DNA from: Haplodiscus bocki
Lineage: Eukaryota
Length of the DNA: 64,000 nucleotides
Direction: 5' to 3'
Assembly: GCA_965655095.1 (NCBI GenBank)
Contig: OZ296650.1
Location: forward strand, 53,754,001-53,818,000
The notes beneath the pieces are model-generated. The model was not told the DNA's origin and searched no databases. It was given only the letters and a program-made list of their open reading frames with translations. How positions within the stretch are numbered: position 1 is the stretch's first letter; each line of letters begins with the position of its first letter. A program made the position numbers and the translations under genes. Shown here in pieces: positions 1 through 13,400 of the stretch.

Positions 1-158
1 TTACTCGTGAGGACGGGTTGCCTTGGGATCAAGCAGACCAATCTTCATCTTCTAGTGAAGGTCCCAAAACCCAGAGACAAATTAGGTGGATCTATCCTGT
101 CAGAGGAGTACCACAGAGCTCTCTGGGTGAAGAGAGTCCTCTCATTATCGAGTGCGAG
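1..158 (+). CDS. CFAP47: CFAP47 internal coding exon (5' end outside window)
   Basis: Frame from base 3 reads TREDGLPWDQ...IRWIYPVRGVPQSSLGEESPLIIECE, then GT donor at 159 (phase 0). Resembles the recalled CFAP47 C-terminal region (WIYPIxGxPQ...VIQC). Confidence 0.85.
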
Positions 159-475
159 GTATGGGCCATCTGGGCAACTTGATAAAATATAATTACGTGA
201 TGCTATTTGGTCCTATTTTGAAAGTTTCTGAAAAATTGCAACCGATTTCAACTTGACAATTTTTGTGATAGGTTGCGACTGCATTTAAAGATATTCTTAA
301 ATTAGCATCGCTATCTTTTAATGCAGTTTTCGACCGTTTTCAACAAAAAAAATTCCACTGTTAACGCATGAAATCTACTGTAATTGAAGCACTTTTCCTT
401 TCGAATAATGTAGAAGACAATTTTGGGAAATCCTAGTTTTATTTGAACGTGCAGTATGATTAGTTCTGATTAAAG

Positions 476-641
476 GCACGAAACCGAATTGAAGAGCGAG
501 TGGAAGTGGTTTTGACTGGAGTGGTTGCCTCAGGCTCCTCTGCTTCTAAAAGAAAGAATCTTTCCAGTTACCAACAAGAAGTGGCTGACTCATCCAAACC
601 AGGCGCACCCCACACCCCGGATGGAATTCTTGTGTCTGAAA
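476..641 (+). CDS. CFAP47: CFAP47 coding exon
   Basis: taaag acceptor; ARNRIEERVEVVLTGVV...DGILVSE; GTTAGT donor at 642. Phase 0 in and phase 1 out, matching the neighbouring exons. Confidence 0.8.
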
Positions 642-1012
642 GTTAGTTGCGCCATATTTCCATCATTTTTCTAGAAGTAATTATTCATCTACTAAGTAGA
701 TGAAAATAAAATCCGTGTTTTTAGTGTCTGAAAATTCTGTATTTTGGTTCAAGAAGATTTTGAACTGCCTGAATTGTTGTACCACTTCTAAATATAAAAT
801 AACGTGCTCTATTGTTTCAAAATTTTACATCGTGAATCCTAATTAGTGTTCAAATAATAAATTTTCCAATGCTGGAAGGTTTCAGTGAAGCAAGGTTTGT
901 TTAGCAGGAGGTTCTAAAGTAGCGCGAATCCAAAGCTGTCAGAAAATTAATATACTTAGATGAAACATTGTGAAAAGATTTTTGGAAAATCAATGACATT
1001 CTTTTTTTTCAG

Positions 1013-1184
1013 CAAATACACTGGCGAAAGAATTCAACTACGAGCTGGTGTACATTAGCGATGAGAGCAAACGTATACTTGAGAAGATCATCGCAATCAG
1101 CTTGGTGAAGAAAGACAAAGATGCAAAAACGGGTTTGGTGAAGCTGCTCTTCAACGCCATTTTCAGACCTGAACGGCCTCTGAG
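1013..1184 (+). CDS. CFAP47: CFAP47 coding exon
   Basis: ttttttttcag acceptor; TNTLAKEFNYELVYISDESKRILEKIIAISLVKK...LFNAIFRPERPL; GTAATT donor. Phase 1 in, phase 2 out. Confidence 0.88.
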
Positions 1185-1261
1185 GTAATTGCGACTGATA
1201 ACTATGACGTAAACCATAAATCTCTGACATGAATTAGGAATTAAATGATGCCCTGATTTAG

Positions 1262-1423
1262 GGAAACTATCTTCCTGGTTATAACTGCTGCTACTGGTGG
1301 GGTTTGGAAATTTCCGATGCACTTGAATGCCTCACAACCTCCCATTGATGACTCTATAGTAATCAAAGCCACCGGTCTCGAGAAAACATCTCAAGTGTCT
1401 TTCAGATTGTTCAGCAAGACGAA
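1262..1423 (+). CDS. CFAP47: CFAP47 coding exon
   Basis: Follows a 77-bp intron; ETIFLVITAATGGVWKFPMHLNASQPPIDDSIVIKATGLEKTSQVSFRL matches the CFAP47 'GGIWKFP...DDVIxIxGxGL' motif; GTACGA donor. Confidence 0.9.
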
Positions 1424-1494
1424 GTACGAATTATAACTTTCTTAAAGCATTTGATTCTTTATGAAATGCTTCATCGCTTTTTCTCGTTTTTCAG

Positions 1495-1669
1495 TCAATG
1501 TGAAAGCTTCAAGGCTTTCTTTTCGGAGAATTCTGATCCGAAAGCACTCCGAGTGAAACCAACATCTGGTCAGCTGATGCCAGATAATTCCAGTGATGGA
1601 ACTCTGTTTACCATTAGCTTCAAGCCTTCTAGTTACGGAAAAAATTACCACGCAACTCTTGTTGTTCAA
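1495..1669 (+). CDS. CFAP47: CFAP47 coding exon
   Basis: Follows a 71-bp intron; ttttcag acceptor; QCESFKAFFSENSDPKALRVKPTSGQLMP...GTLFTISFKPSSYGKNYHATLVVQ (cf. CFAP47 VKPQAGELLP...GTLITVGFKP..Y...YKATLVIQ); GTTAGT donor. Confidence 0.92.
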
Positions 1670-2159
1670 GTTAGTGAACATGGTTCATTGTAGTCGAACA
1701 TGCTTCATCCTACATTATGAGAAATATATACTTCAACCGGAAATTTCTTTTGTGGTCAATTGATTTATTCATAGACTTCTATAATACTACGAAAGAGTTT
1801 TCCAGTCGGGGGACAGTCACCATTTACACTTGATTGATTTTATGTAAGAACATTGGGAGTTTCAAAATTGGAAGCCGTGGTGAACGCCCCATTTCTAGTG
1901 GCAATTTTTGTATGGCATTTGGTGTATGTAACGCTGTAACAATCGATTAAAACAGCAAACTTTTCTACAATTTAGTCAGTGCGTGTAAACAAGCACAACT
2001 ACTGCCGTGTCCTTTCGTCTTTTTTCAAGACCATGTCGAATTTTCCGCTCTTCTGGAGCTGCTACTATTGCTCTAAATGATCACTACACCTTACATGTAC
2101 TATGTTTGAGGCACAGTTATTCCTGGGCTCTCAATTATCTGCCGTTTCGAATATCCGCC

Positions 2160-2680
2160 ATTTTCGCTAAATTATTCTATTGAGCTGGAGTAAATGAATA
2201 CCAATCTCGATTTTACGCGTTCAACGAAATGATCAGGTTTTTTGGTCCTCGAATGGGCGCCAATCGATTATCTGCAGCCTTCGCTAAATTATGCCTTCTT
2301 GCTGCTGTAAATAACCGGCAAACTCGATTGCATGCCAACGTCCACAAACTGATTTTACTTCTTTAATCTTTTGTTCTTCACAATAAATTGTCGAACTCAG
2401 GACAATTCTCGGTTAGCCAACGTCCTCGATTGTCCGCCCAAAAAATACTGGAGCAAAGTCAAGGGATTGCTGCATTCCTTTAGCATTTTAGGCGAAAAAT
2501 ACAAATAACAAAAAAGTTTTGTGATACCCCTTAGTTATCCGTCACTTATCCACCACTTGAATATCTTCCACTCTCGCCAACTTACCGTGGATGCTTTTTG
2601 GCCGAAGTAAATAAACACCGAACTCAATTAAACGCCAACTTCGACAAACTGATTCTACTTGTTCTTTAAAATAAGATGAT
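2160..2680. repeat. Degenerate repeated units within the 4-kb CFAP47 intron
   Basis: Three diverged copies of a gtaaat(a/g)aa...aa(a/t)ctc(g/a)att motif at ~2190, ~2308 and ~2607; the last two continue with gccaac..cacaaactgatt.tactt. Confidence 0.45.
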
Positions 2681-5600
2681 CCAACGCAGGCCCATTCTCT
2701 CCGTCAACGTCCAAAACATGCTACAAAAATGCTGGCAGAAAAATGAGGCATGGTTGTAGTCTCCTTTAGTATATGGATGGAGGCGACTTGGGCTATTCGC
2801 GGCTTGTTGGTGTTATTTTAGTCGGCTGGGAAAGATTTTTACTGAGAATTCCAACTGTTACAAGACTTTTTGAGACCGCAAACAAAGCTCACACTATTTA
2901 AGTTTCTGCTAACTCTTATCTCAAACTTTCCTAGACTTGCACTGACATTCAGTAGAAGGTACCAAACGACGTCCAAGAAAACCTATACAAGAATTTCGCA
3001 AAGTCAAATACCAAACCATTTCGTTAATTTCCTTTTCCAAATGGTCTGAAATGAAATGCAAAAATGACTTTATTGTGAAATTTGTCATTTCATAAAATTT
3101 GGACCAACTTTTTTTGTCGTTTTGACTTTTCGTCACGCATCATTTTTATTTTCAGTCGTAATATATTACGAAACAAAGTTATCAACTCAGTATGTAGAGT
3201 TTTTTCTCCGGTGATTTGCCAATTCTAGCTCCAAATGTTCTCCTGGACGCGTAGAAATTGTTTTTGCAACACCAGCCAACTTTTTTTTGCTCAAAGCCCG
3301 AATGGAATTCTTAATTTTTCCATTTTGTCAAAGAAACACTGCTCAAAATGTTCCTCTAGACGCTATTGAAATCAGATCCGAGAATGAAAGTTTCTATCCA
3401 AAATTGCACTTACTGTGCTCAGAGTGAGCTTCCTCGCACCCGAGGGTTTATACGTTTTTCTTGAAGCTTTCAGCAATTTCAATTTTGAGCTATTTCTAAC
3501 CCACTGTCGCCAAAAAGTATCGCAGCGCTGCTGCGCGCGCTCTTTACCCACGTCTACCCACACACATTTATGCACAGTTTTTCGAAGCACTCGAAAATGG
3601 CTAGTTTTTTTGCAAAATTTCCCAGGCAGTTTAAAATTGGACGTAAAATTCCCTTGGGTAAGACGTAAAAGACATGATTCCACCGTGGGTATGTCAATTT
3701 TTTCTGACAAGGCAAAGTTTTTCAAAATAACAATGTGTCCCCTCCGGAAATTCTCAACCTTCCGTGCAAGTTATTTTTGCCGCTCTCCAGTTTAGCTACA
3801 TGTTCACTTCTACTATGCGGATCTTTTAGATGCCTCTAATCTTTCTGAATGCTCGAGGAATTTTGAGACTTTGCAAAACAAGATTCAAGAGTTTACACAA
3901 ATACATTGAAAGTCGATTTGACCATACGAGAGCTATATTTAAGCTGGCAAGCTGCCGGCTATTATGGTCGACCTACATTTTGTTTGTCGTATCGTTCACA
4001 ACTCGCCTTTGCTGCCAATTGCATTCCTTCTTATTACTTGTAGTGTGGTAGTTTGATCACGTGTTTCCAGATTGTGATCACATGATCATTGGAATCGTAG
4101 ACGCAATCACTTGTTTTTCTGCGACATTTTGATTTTGACTACTCTAGAAAACACCGGTAAATGAAATGAAATATTCGTTGACATAAACACCAGTAGTGCA
4201 CTCCTTCCTTTTTTCGCAGTTTTTGAGGTTTTTCGCAGATTTTTGACAGAAAATCTTCGGAAGTTTTTCTTTGCATTTTGCGTCAAACTCTCGGTTTCGA
4301 TAACTTTTTGTGTGATACCTTCGCAAGGACAGCGTTGGCTTTTGTGTGAATTGAGGTAGTGTTGCTTCGTTTCAGGTTATAAAAAAACTCAGTCGCCAGC
4401 TTCGCGAAGCTTCCGCTTCGCTTCTGTGTAACACTTGCGCATGCATTATATCTCAGGCTTCTGCCACTTTTTTCCGATCCAACCACAGCTCGCATTTTTT
4501 CCGAGATACTAATGCTCCGAGATTTTGTTCATGCGTTTTCGTTTTATCGCAAAAATTTGTTCACTCACATGGCGGGCGCGCTGTTTTTTCGAATGTGCGT
4601 ACTTGCCGGCAACGTATTTTTCCTAATTAATAGGTGAATCAAAATTGCAACACCGATAGCGTTTCTCTGTTTGTAAATCTGTTATCTTGTTTATATGATT
4701 TTATTAACTTGTTCGATCGCCAGTATTCCTATTAACGTGGCTCCTTCAAAAATTGATTTTTTTTTGGAATTTATGTTAACGTGAGTGTTATGAAGCACAG
4801 CTTCGCCTCTGCGTCAATTATTCGGGGTAAATTTATAGCAGCAAAAATGTAAAGCATGGTTGAAAACCAACAATAACGGAAAAATCTACGGTTTCCTGTC
4901 TTGAAAAATATCTGAATCAATAAACCTCAGCTTAGATGAAGAAGTTTAAACTGCAATTCATTGAGTAAAGTAAATGTCTGAAATTGAAATCTTGAAAATT
5001 TGCGCAATTTTAGATATTTTAGGCGACTTATAGCAAAATTCGCAAAAAAAATGTGGGGTTAACGATTACGCAATCAGCTTTTGAATAATCCATTACGAAT
5101 GAATATTCGAGCATCCAATCGTGTTTGTTTCACCTCTACAACAGTTACTAATCAATTTTCACTCAATTTGGTTTTTTCGTATACATGAATGCTTTATCTC
5201 TTCAACTTAATGATTTTTAATGAAAAGTGTCTGACTGTTCCAGAAGCTTCACCATGTACTCGACGAAGCACTCAAATTGATCAGAGTTCAAATGTTCTGG
5301 AATGGTACATTATTTTTCAAACTGTTAGCGCTACAGGCCTCCTGCGCTTTTAATTTTTGAAACAACTTTAGACCTTCGGTCTAAAATTTTCTCGTTATAC
5401 CTCGTACATATACCAAAAATTCGATTTTTTCGGAAGGCATGTACCAAAATTTTTTGACCTAATATTTTCCCCAGGCAGTGTATATTGTACCAAAGAGTCC
5501 GTGTACTTAATTTTTGGCAGTGAAATAAAATTCTAGCAAAAGTATAGTATAGTAAAGTTACTATATTTATTTATAGTAACCATCGATATTATGGTCATAC

Positions 5601-5683
5601 AAGTGGAGCTGACTTGGGCCTTTCCCGCCTTTTAAAATTAACTTAAACTATTATCCTCACAAAAATTTATTCAATATTTCTAG

Positions 5684-6010
5684 ACCAAAAGCTGTCACTG
5701 GTCGTATACAATAATGGGCTCGATTCCTGATTATAACCCCCCACAAGCATCTACGAGCACAGCAATACAGTTGGTGTCCTCCCAGAATGCCCAGGCTGCA
5801 TCAGCCAGAGATAGAGAAAAGGCGGAAGAGGGGGGCGAGAACAGGTACCGAAACTTCATCAGAGAAAACTTGCGATTGGATACTACAGCAGCTAGCAGCC
5901 CCATCAAGGGTAGAAACGTGTGCATTGGTAGATCAAACTCAACCGGATACAACTCAGCTGGTCACGCTAACCCACCTAATGGTCGCAATAGAGGTCTAAA
6001 CTTATTGTAA
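5684..6010 (+). CDS. CFAP47: CFAP47 terminal coding exon
   Basis: tttctag acceptor, phase 0; TKSCHWSYTIMGSIPDYNPP...RNFIRENLRLDTTAASSPIKG (cf. CFAP47 C-terminus NFVREN.KL..TGVSS.IKG); TAA stop at 6008-6010. Confidence 0.9.
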   Translation, partial: TKSCHWSYTIMGSIPDYNPPQASTSTAIQLVSSQNAQAASARDREKAEEGGENRYRNFIRENLRLDTTAASSPIKGRNVCIGRSNSTGYNSAGHANPPNGRNRGLNLL

Positions 6011-9000
6011 AACGTATAAAGTATAAATAGTGTCAAATATGTGTAAATATGGAGAAATAAGAGGGACAATTTTCCTTGAATTGATCTTTGGAAAGTGACT
6101 TAAAAGTTTCTGTATCGGATCATGCGCAACTGGGTCGTTTTTTTATTTTTGACAGTTACGCAAAAAATTTTGCCAACAATGAACTCATTGACATAAGATG
6201 AAACTTAAGCGAACTATTTGAGTCTCGCTCAGTCCTGGGACCTCATGAGATACGAAAGACTCGATGGATTTCATTATGATTTTACTAAAAGATAATCTGT
6301 ATCTAAGTTTCTTATATGTTAACTGTTGCTTAGATATTGAGTATTTGCCAACGTTCTTTACTTTGTTTGTACTACCACTTTAGGTAAATTGCCTGTCTCG
6401 ATTTCCTAAATCAATCCTCTTCATAAAAAGCAATTGAGTGGTTGAGTGCCAACCAAAATTTACTTCTTTGTTTGAATGATTGCGAAGTTTCACTAAAAAG
6501 ACGCAGGTAAAGTTGACTTCGATGACCGTTGTTGAATGGTTCCGCAAGTACAGTCATGTTCCGCAAGTAAAATCATGCGTAAAATGCTTGAAGTATAACA
6601 AGGAATACTTTTTGGGCGTTAGAACGAACATCAAGTGTTCCTCAAAATTTTTCATTCCACTTTATCGCTGTTCGATAGAAAACGTAGTTTTTACAACACA
6701 AAACCTTCCTAATAGTTCACAAAGTGGCCCCTTTTGAGCCGATAATTCACTTTCTGATCAGCTATGTGTTTAAGCTTGTTCTGAACTCGAGCCTGAACGT
6801 CATGCCTGTATGAAAGGATATGAGATATCTACATATCTCTAAAATTACGCATATAATGAGCCATTTTTGTTACTAACATCTTAATGCAAGTTCTGTAGCC
6901 ACAAATCACATGAAAGTATAAATGCAACTATGTACTATAACTTCTCTTCTCCCCTGTTATGACCGAGATTATGTTTTAGGAAAACAACAAAATGTTTTAT
7001 CTAGAAAGTATTGCTGAGCTTATAGAGCTCTCTATCCATCTCACACCAAAGTGCTGAAACAAGTCCGTGAAAATGACATTCCGATAAAGGCTCAAATATG
7101 CTATAACAGACGTAAAAGACCCCAGTAAGCTCCAACGGGAACACGAACGCCACTGCAAGTGCCCTCTGTAGCGGAAAGACAGACAGAACTGTAAATGAAC
7201 CGGAATACATTTTCTCTGGAAAACATCGGTTTGATGCTCTCACTCCACTAGTCTATTCTGCGCAACATAAAACTAAAGCCTCATTGAGAAGAGAATATTC
7301 ATTAGCTTATAAACTATGACAGAGTAGATTAATGTACAATACAAATTTCTCGGTCTACATCCGAGCGGTGTGAACTACTTAAGGCTCCCTAGCAAGTAGC
7401 TGAAATTTCATCGGCTGTCATGCATGTGATGAAAACCTTTTTTATTGACAGCTACATTAATTTTTTCTAAGCTATTTTAGACTTTAGTGTTTTTCGAAGG
7501 GCTAAAAAGCACAACCCAGCTTCGATGTTTAAATTAAAATTCATCAGTTTTCTTCAAATATAATGTAAAAACTCGTTTTAAAGTGCATAACTACCGAACT
7601 ACATTATTTGCATTGAAGTAACTGAGCTGCATCTTTTAAGAATACAACTGAGTTCATCTCATTTACTAAACTGACGCTAACTAAAAAGCAATGGCACTTA
7701 CAGTATATTAGAATCGTTTGATTTTGCAAAATGATGAACTCTATTGAAAAATGAAATCGCTGGCACTTAACACAATGTAGAGGCATGACCGTCGTGAAAG
7801 CAGTAAAACATGTCATATTTATCGAGTATTCAACCCATGCGAGTAATCTACCGATATTTTTGTTGTAGTTTATTTATTTTCCGCTATATTAGATTTAGGC
7901 AAACTTATTGCCTTAAATTTGCATAAATATCTTTTTGGATGGCTATAGCCACCAGTTGCAGTGGATTTGAGTTCACACCCTAATTAATTAGCATGGCAGC
8001 TGACGATTCAATGACTGGTCGCCAGTTGTAAGTTTTGGTCTTGCCATCGGTCACGTGACAAAACAACTCCGCCAAGACCCAACGCAAGTTTAGTGCGATC
8101 AGTTGAACTTGAACCACGCTCACATACGCTAGCCCTACTGTTAACAGAACCTCACACGCACTGCCTTCATTGATCCTGTCGTCGATAAATTCACATTTTT
8201 TGAGCAGAACCATATCTTAGATCGCATTGAACAACACATTAAAATTTCACCTGAGTTCGTGTGAACATAATTCAAGTACCAAACATGTATGCTAACTTTT
8301 GACGCGGTCCTAGAATTAGGAAACGGAACGAAGTACGAAAGCATACTGATATCAACATGAGTGATAGCAATATTTCTGAAACCAACCCATCATGAGCGAC
8401 AAAGAGAAGGACGTTTACAAGGAATCCGAAGCACGCATGTTAACTCAGGAAGAAGTGCACGAGATTATCAGAATATATATTGTTCCCCTGACTAAACTGT
8501 TAGAGGATTTGATTTGGTTCATCCAAATCTTTCCTTAAGGGCAAGTACCATTGCTAGTTCTACCCCAGTCGGTCCCTTGCCCGACACCGAGGGCAAATTG
8601 GTTTTCGTTGGACGGCCTTTCAACAGGAATTGGAACGAAAACACTTCAAATTGACGTGAATGCTCCGCTAGCAAAAATGAAGAATGGTCTGTTCACATTT
8701 TCGTTTCTTGTTCAAAACTCGGAAACTCTTGGTGCTGTAAGATGTTTCCTCTGAGTTTAAATCCATGGATTGAGTGGACCGGTAGATAAAGGCCACTTCA
8801 GGACGATAATCAATCCGGGAACGATGCTTGTTTGGTTCCTTTTTTCGATGTTCATGTTCCAGGCTGTTCCCGGAACTTTCCCCCTTGTACATGGACGTGC
8901 GGATTTAGAAAAAATTCGCCAGTTTTACCCAGATCACCCAGAGTTCGGCTCTTTCTCCTACTGAACTCCTAAGATACCTTCTTTGTTACCCTACCCTCAG

Positions 9001-10269
9001 TCTTTTTTGACATTTGAGTGATGTACTCCCTGTTTTTTGGGAACAGCTAAGTTTCGTTAAGGGCTGTTCTTTCTTGATTATCTCTAGCATTTGCTGCCAA
9101 CTTCCTTTTTGTTCCCCAAGGTTGCCATGTTGAACGGAAATTGTGGAACACTGTTGAAGACTGAATTGGTTTTTTTGAAATTTTCCAACTCTGGAAAACA
9201 GAATGTGGTTGACTTGGTACTAAAAAATCATAGAAAGACGACTAGTAACAAACGGTAGTTATTTATGATGGTTTAGCACTTTCATTTCTCATATTTATAC
9301 CTTTTACTTGGTGGGAAACATAGTTGTTTACGCAGCAAGTGAGGGTACAAAGCAGGGAAAAGCACTTTAATCATAATTTTTAACAAGGAGAAGTGGCGAC
9401 GCTGGCGGGAAATGAACTCCTTTCCATCCTCTTCTTTCCTCATACGCCGCGTCTTTCCTATCTTTTGACGGAAAATGTACGGGCCTATTCCGTCGGAAAT
9501 GGACATCAAAGTGCTGTTTTCCGCGCCGACACGAAAAAAAATTGATAAAAATCATACATTGAACGGTTTCCATGATTGGATCATTATCAAAATATTGTAT
9601 TAATTAATTCAAGTAACAGATAAATTTACTAGAAACTTACCATGAGTATTTCAGACTTTGAATAGGAGAGAAAACGTGCTGGCTCAATAAAGTTCTAGAT
9701 CATATTTAGGAATTAACTAACTGAAAAGTCGGCAAAAACCTAGCCCCCCTCTGGGGGATATAATTAACATGGTGGTATTCATTTTCTCGAGTATTTGCTG
9801 ATCAATTTCAAATTTCGTCCAAAGATCTCGCTAATTTACCAATTACAGCTTGAAATCACGGCTTCTGATTAGTCCGAATTTCATGCGAAATCACGGCGTG
9901 AATTAATGCGACCCCTGCTTCATATCACCAATATCGCACAAAGGTAATATAAGCAGCTTGAAAATCGCTCTAATGTAAATTATTGATGTTTTCATATTTC
10001 GGACACCAATGGTGTCAGATGGACGATGTTATCGACAACTGGCGTTGATTGCTTACCAATTTTATTCTATTACCAACAACTTTTGTTAAACCATGACAAC
10101 ACGACTGAATCTATAGCAACGTAATAACTACATGATAAAACCGCAGGCTGACGAATTCAATTAGAATCCTCGATGAAATCAATTAGTGCGAAAAATAATG
10201 GTGCGAGGAAAAAATCTGCGTATTTTCGGTAGTGGCAAAACTTCAGGTCCAGATTTCACCGTCAAATAA

Positions 10270-10417
10270 TGACTTCCAAAAATTTCATGAGAACAAATGA
10301 TGTTCAAGCTGTTTATTGACATTTTATATTTAAGCATAGGAGCTGACTTCTAAAAATTTCATGAGAACAAATGATGTTGAAGCTGTTTATTGACATTTTA
10401 TATTTAAGCATAGGAGC
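10270..10417 (+). repeat. Tandem duplication, 2 x 74 bp
   Basis: tgacttc(c/t)aaaaatttcatgagaac...taagcataggagc at 10270-10343 and 10344-10417, with 2 mismatches. Confidence 0.95.
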
Positions 10418-13400
10418 ATCGTTTCAGATCTAATTTCTAAATTCAGATGCAATTCTTGCAATTTTGTCCGACTGATGAGCAATAATTTGTTATTTGCTGA
10501 GCTTAAATGCAATAGAAAAGATTATAGCGACAAAAAACACCGGAAGTTTCTGCTATTTCACGTATGTCAGAAGATTTTCGGAAACTTCCTCAACCTAAAT
10601 ACAGAAACAGTATCTTAGATTGGTTGCAGTAAACAGACAATGTTTATCAATCGTGTCTTGCTGCTCATCACATCCAATATGGACGCAAAATAACGACATA
10701 CTAGTCTGCGTCTCACTGATTGAAACAATCCAAGCTGAACTGAAGTAAATGTTTTGAGATAATAAACTAAACATAAATGAAAGAAAAAATAGTGGAACCT
10801 AGAACTCTCATGATACGTACCTAAACTAAAATAGCTGCTCGAAGTTGGCTTTGAAACCCCCTATATGGACCATTTTGAAAAAACACTCAGTGCTCAAAAG
10901 TTTAAACAAAAATTTACTTGAAATGTTTTCTTCAACAATGCAAAATTGTTTTATACTATGCGCTTGTCATTTTCCGGGAATTTTTCATTCAACTATAAAA
11001 ATGACACGCTGGCAAAAAACGAATTTGTTCAAAAGAAACATACAGGGGTCGCTGTTGGACTGCGATATATTCTGTCAAAGTCGCGCACAAAAAATTGATC
11101 AAACATACAACAAATAACTTTTACTAAGTACCCTTGTTGATGAGAAAAATCTCGACGGAAACATTGTCGAAGGAATTCAATCCGGTAACTTTAGACAATT
11201 AATAGTTTGAAAAACGACAAAGTTGTGAATGGAATTTTTCAAACTTTAGGCCTATCAAATTTCTAATGTGGGGAAGAAAATAGAAGCTTGTTGACTATAA
11301 AAGTCATCTTAAAGTACAAAGCTGTCAATTCCGACGAAAAAAAGAAACGAAACCTGTGTTTTTGGAAAAAGATGGGTTGAAATCTCGAGATTTGTCTACA
11401 CTGATACCACTGTCATTTTCGGCCAATCAATATTCCAATTCCGATGTAGAGAACAAAATTCATGATATTTGGAAAATAGTAGTCTGCTTCCAGTAAAAAG
11501 TTTTCGATTGACACGTTCAAGGCAAAAATTAGCACGTAGAGCTGAAGAATTATGACTTGGATAATCGAGGCATGTAAAGACAAATAGCCCGTTCTGGAAG
11601 TTCCGGTCCAACAAGATTTCACTGCACGTGTGCAAATCAAGGCTTCCCATTGAATTTTCCAACGCAATTAGAAAGTTTAAGAATGAGATCCTGAAGGAAG
11701 AAATCAAAGTAGTTTTAGCAAACACGAGTTTTGAAAATCAGATGGGGCCATATTAAAAATAGTTCTGGAATTTTTGGACTATCAGCAAGCCTCCAATCGA
11801 GGAATTGAAAAATCTATTTTAAAGCTCTTCAAAAAGTAGGAACCTTACAAATGTGTCCTTCATGGGAAAAGACACGCTTGTAGTTGAGCTGAAAATGAAA
11901 TCGATCAATACCATTGGGGCTTGAGCATTCTCGACTACCAGATTTCAGACGCAAGAATTAAACATCACTCATTCCAATCGAAAAGCCCGAAAAGAAGAAC
12001 GCTTCATATTCAGATCCTGAAGTACAAAATTAGGCCAGGGGTTAAGGAGAACAGTGGATTGGAGTATCGAAATTATGTCAAAGTTCATAGCAGTTCTTTT
12101 TTTTCAACTATCAAAGTTTGAACACCAGAAAAAATGACTTTAAAAATGAAGTTTTTCTCCACGACCCAAAGATTGTTGCATCAGACCCTAATGAAAGATT
12201 TCCACTTTTTTGTGGAGAAATAACAATTTGAAAATTGAAGTAAGAGGTTATTAAAAGTAAAAACATTTTCGAGCAAATTGTGATTTTTAAGATTCCGATG
12301 CAAACAACAGAAAGGATAGTTTTTTTAAGAAGACATGCTTTTACAAGTATGATGTTTTCAGTTGAGATGATGAAAATCTTTCAGATGATGAAAACCTTTC
12401 CGCCAGTTATGGAGATTTAAAGAATTGATTCTCGGAGGGGATCAAAAATGATAGCACATTCCGGGTTTTTGGATTGTCAAAAACTTGAAACAAACATGAA
12501 GTCAAACGCTCTTTCAAAAACATAATCCTGTAGAAGTTTAAAGTTTCGTTTGTGTCGTTGACGGAAATAATCAGAAATGTAGTTACGGAGAAACGGCAGA
12601 CTGATTGTAGCCATCAATTAACGTCAAAGCACTCTTTAGAGCTTTTCGAGTAACAGGAGTATAAAACTGAGGATTGCAAACAGTTTTTTTCAGAATCTAT
12701 TCCCACAGATGTGAAAGTGTGGATTGAAACATTGATGGAAAAAATCAAAATTGTAGTTGGGGAGATTCATCAGCTTGATTAGGGAGATGAATCAATATTA
12801 AAAGTATATTTCGGAAATTTTGTGTTTTCGTGCGTCTGACGCAAAGAATACAATCGAAAGTTTGTTAATCGACGTCTTGCAAGACCTCGATGAGAAAATT
12901 TTCTTTGTTGAGATGACATTTGCGTTTGAAAAACGAGATGAATCAAGGTTCAAAGGTTTTTTTGAAATGCTTGAAACTCCGATGCAGGGAACAACATCTA
13001 TAACTTTCCACAGATTTGGTTTGCCACAAGGTAAAAACCTCCGTCTGAGACCCCGGCCAAAAGAATCAAACCAGCTGTCACAGAGAAAATTAGGTTTGAA
13101 GATTGAGATCACTCAGTAAGCAAAGCATTTTTAGGAAGTTTCGGAAAAACAAGACTTTGATGAACGCATCAAAAACGAAGATTTTTCGATCAACTTGCCC
13201 TTACAAAAGGAATTTCGATCGAAACTTATGTCGAACATATTAACCATGTAGATGCGGAGAAACATGAGTTTCAAGATCGAGATTAACCGAAATTACTTGC
13301 AAATTTTGATTTTCGAACTATTAGATTTTGATGCAAGGAACAAAATGAATGAACTTTCAAGCGAATCGTTATTTACAAGTGTAAGTAGTTTAATTGAGAC

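Noticed and set aside
3372-3795. Overlapping antisense ORFs of 117 and 126 aa inside the CFAP47 intron
   Set aside because: Non-ATG starts, no recognisable motifs or splice structure; compatible with chance or TE debris.
8357-8538. Short coiled-coil-like peptide (LTQEEVHEIIRIYIVPLTKLLEDL) suggestive of an LTR-retrotransposon gag start; a similar one lies at ~20415-20510
   Set aside because: Frameshifted, with no paired LTRs, PBS or pol motifs nearby. Too weak to call.
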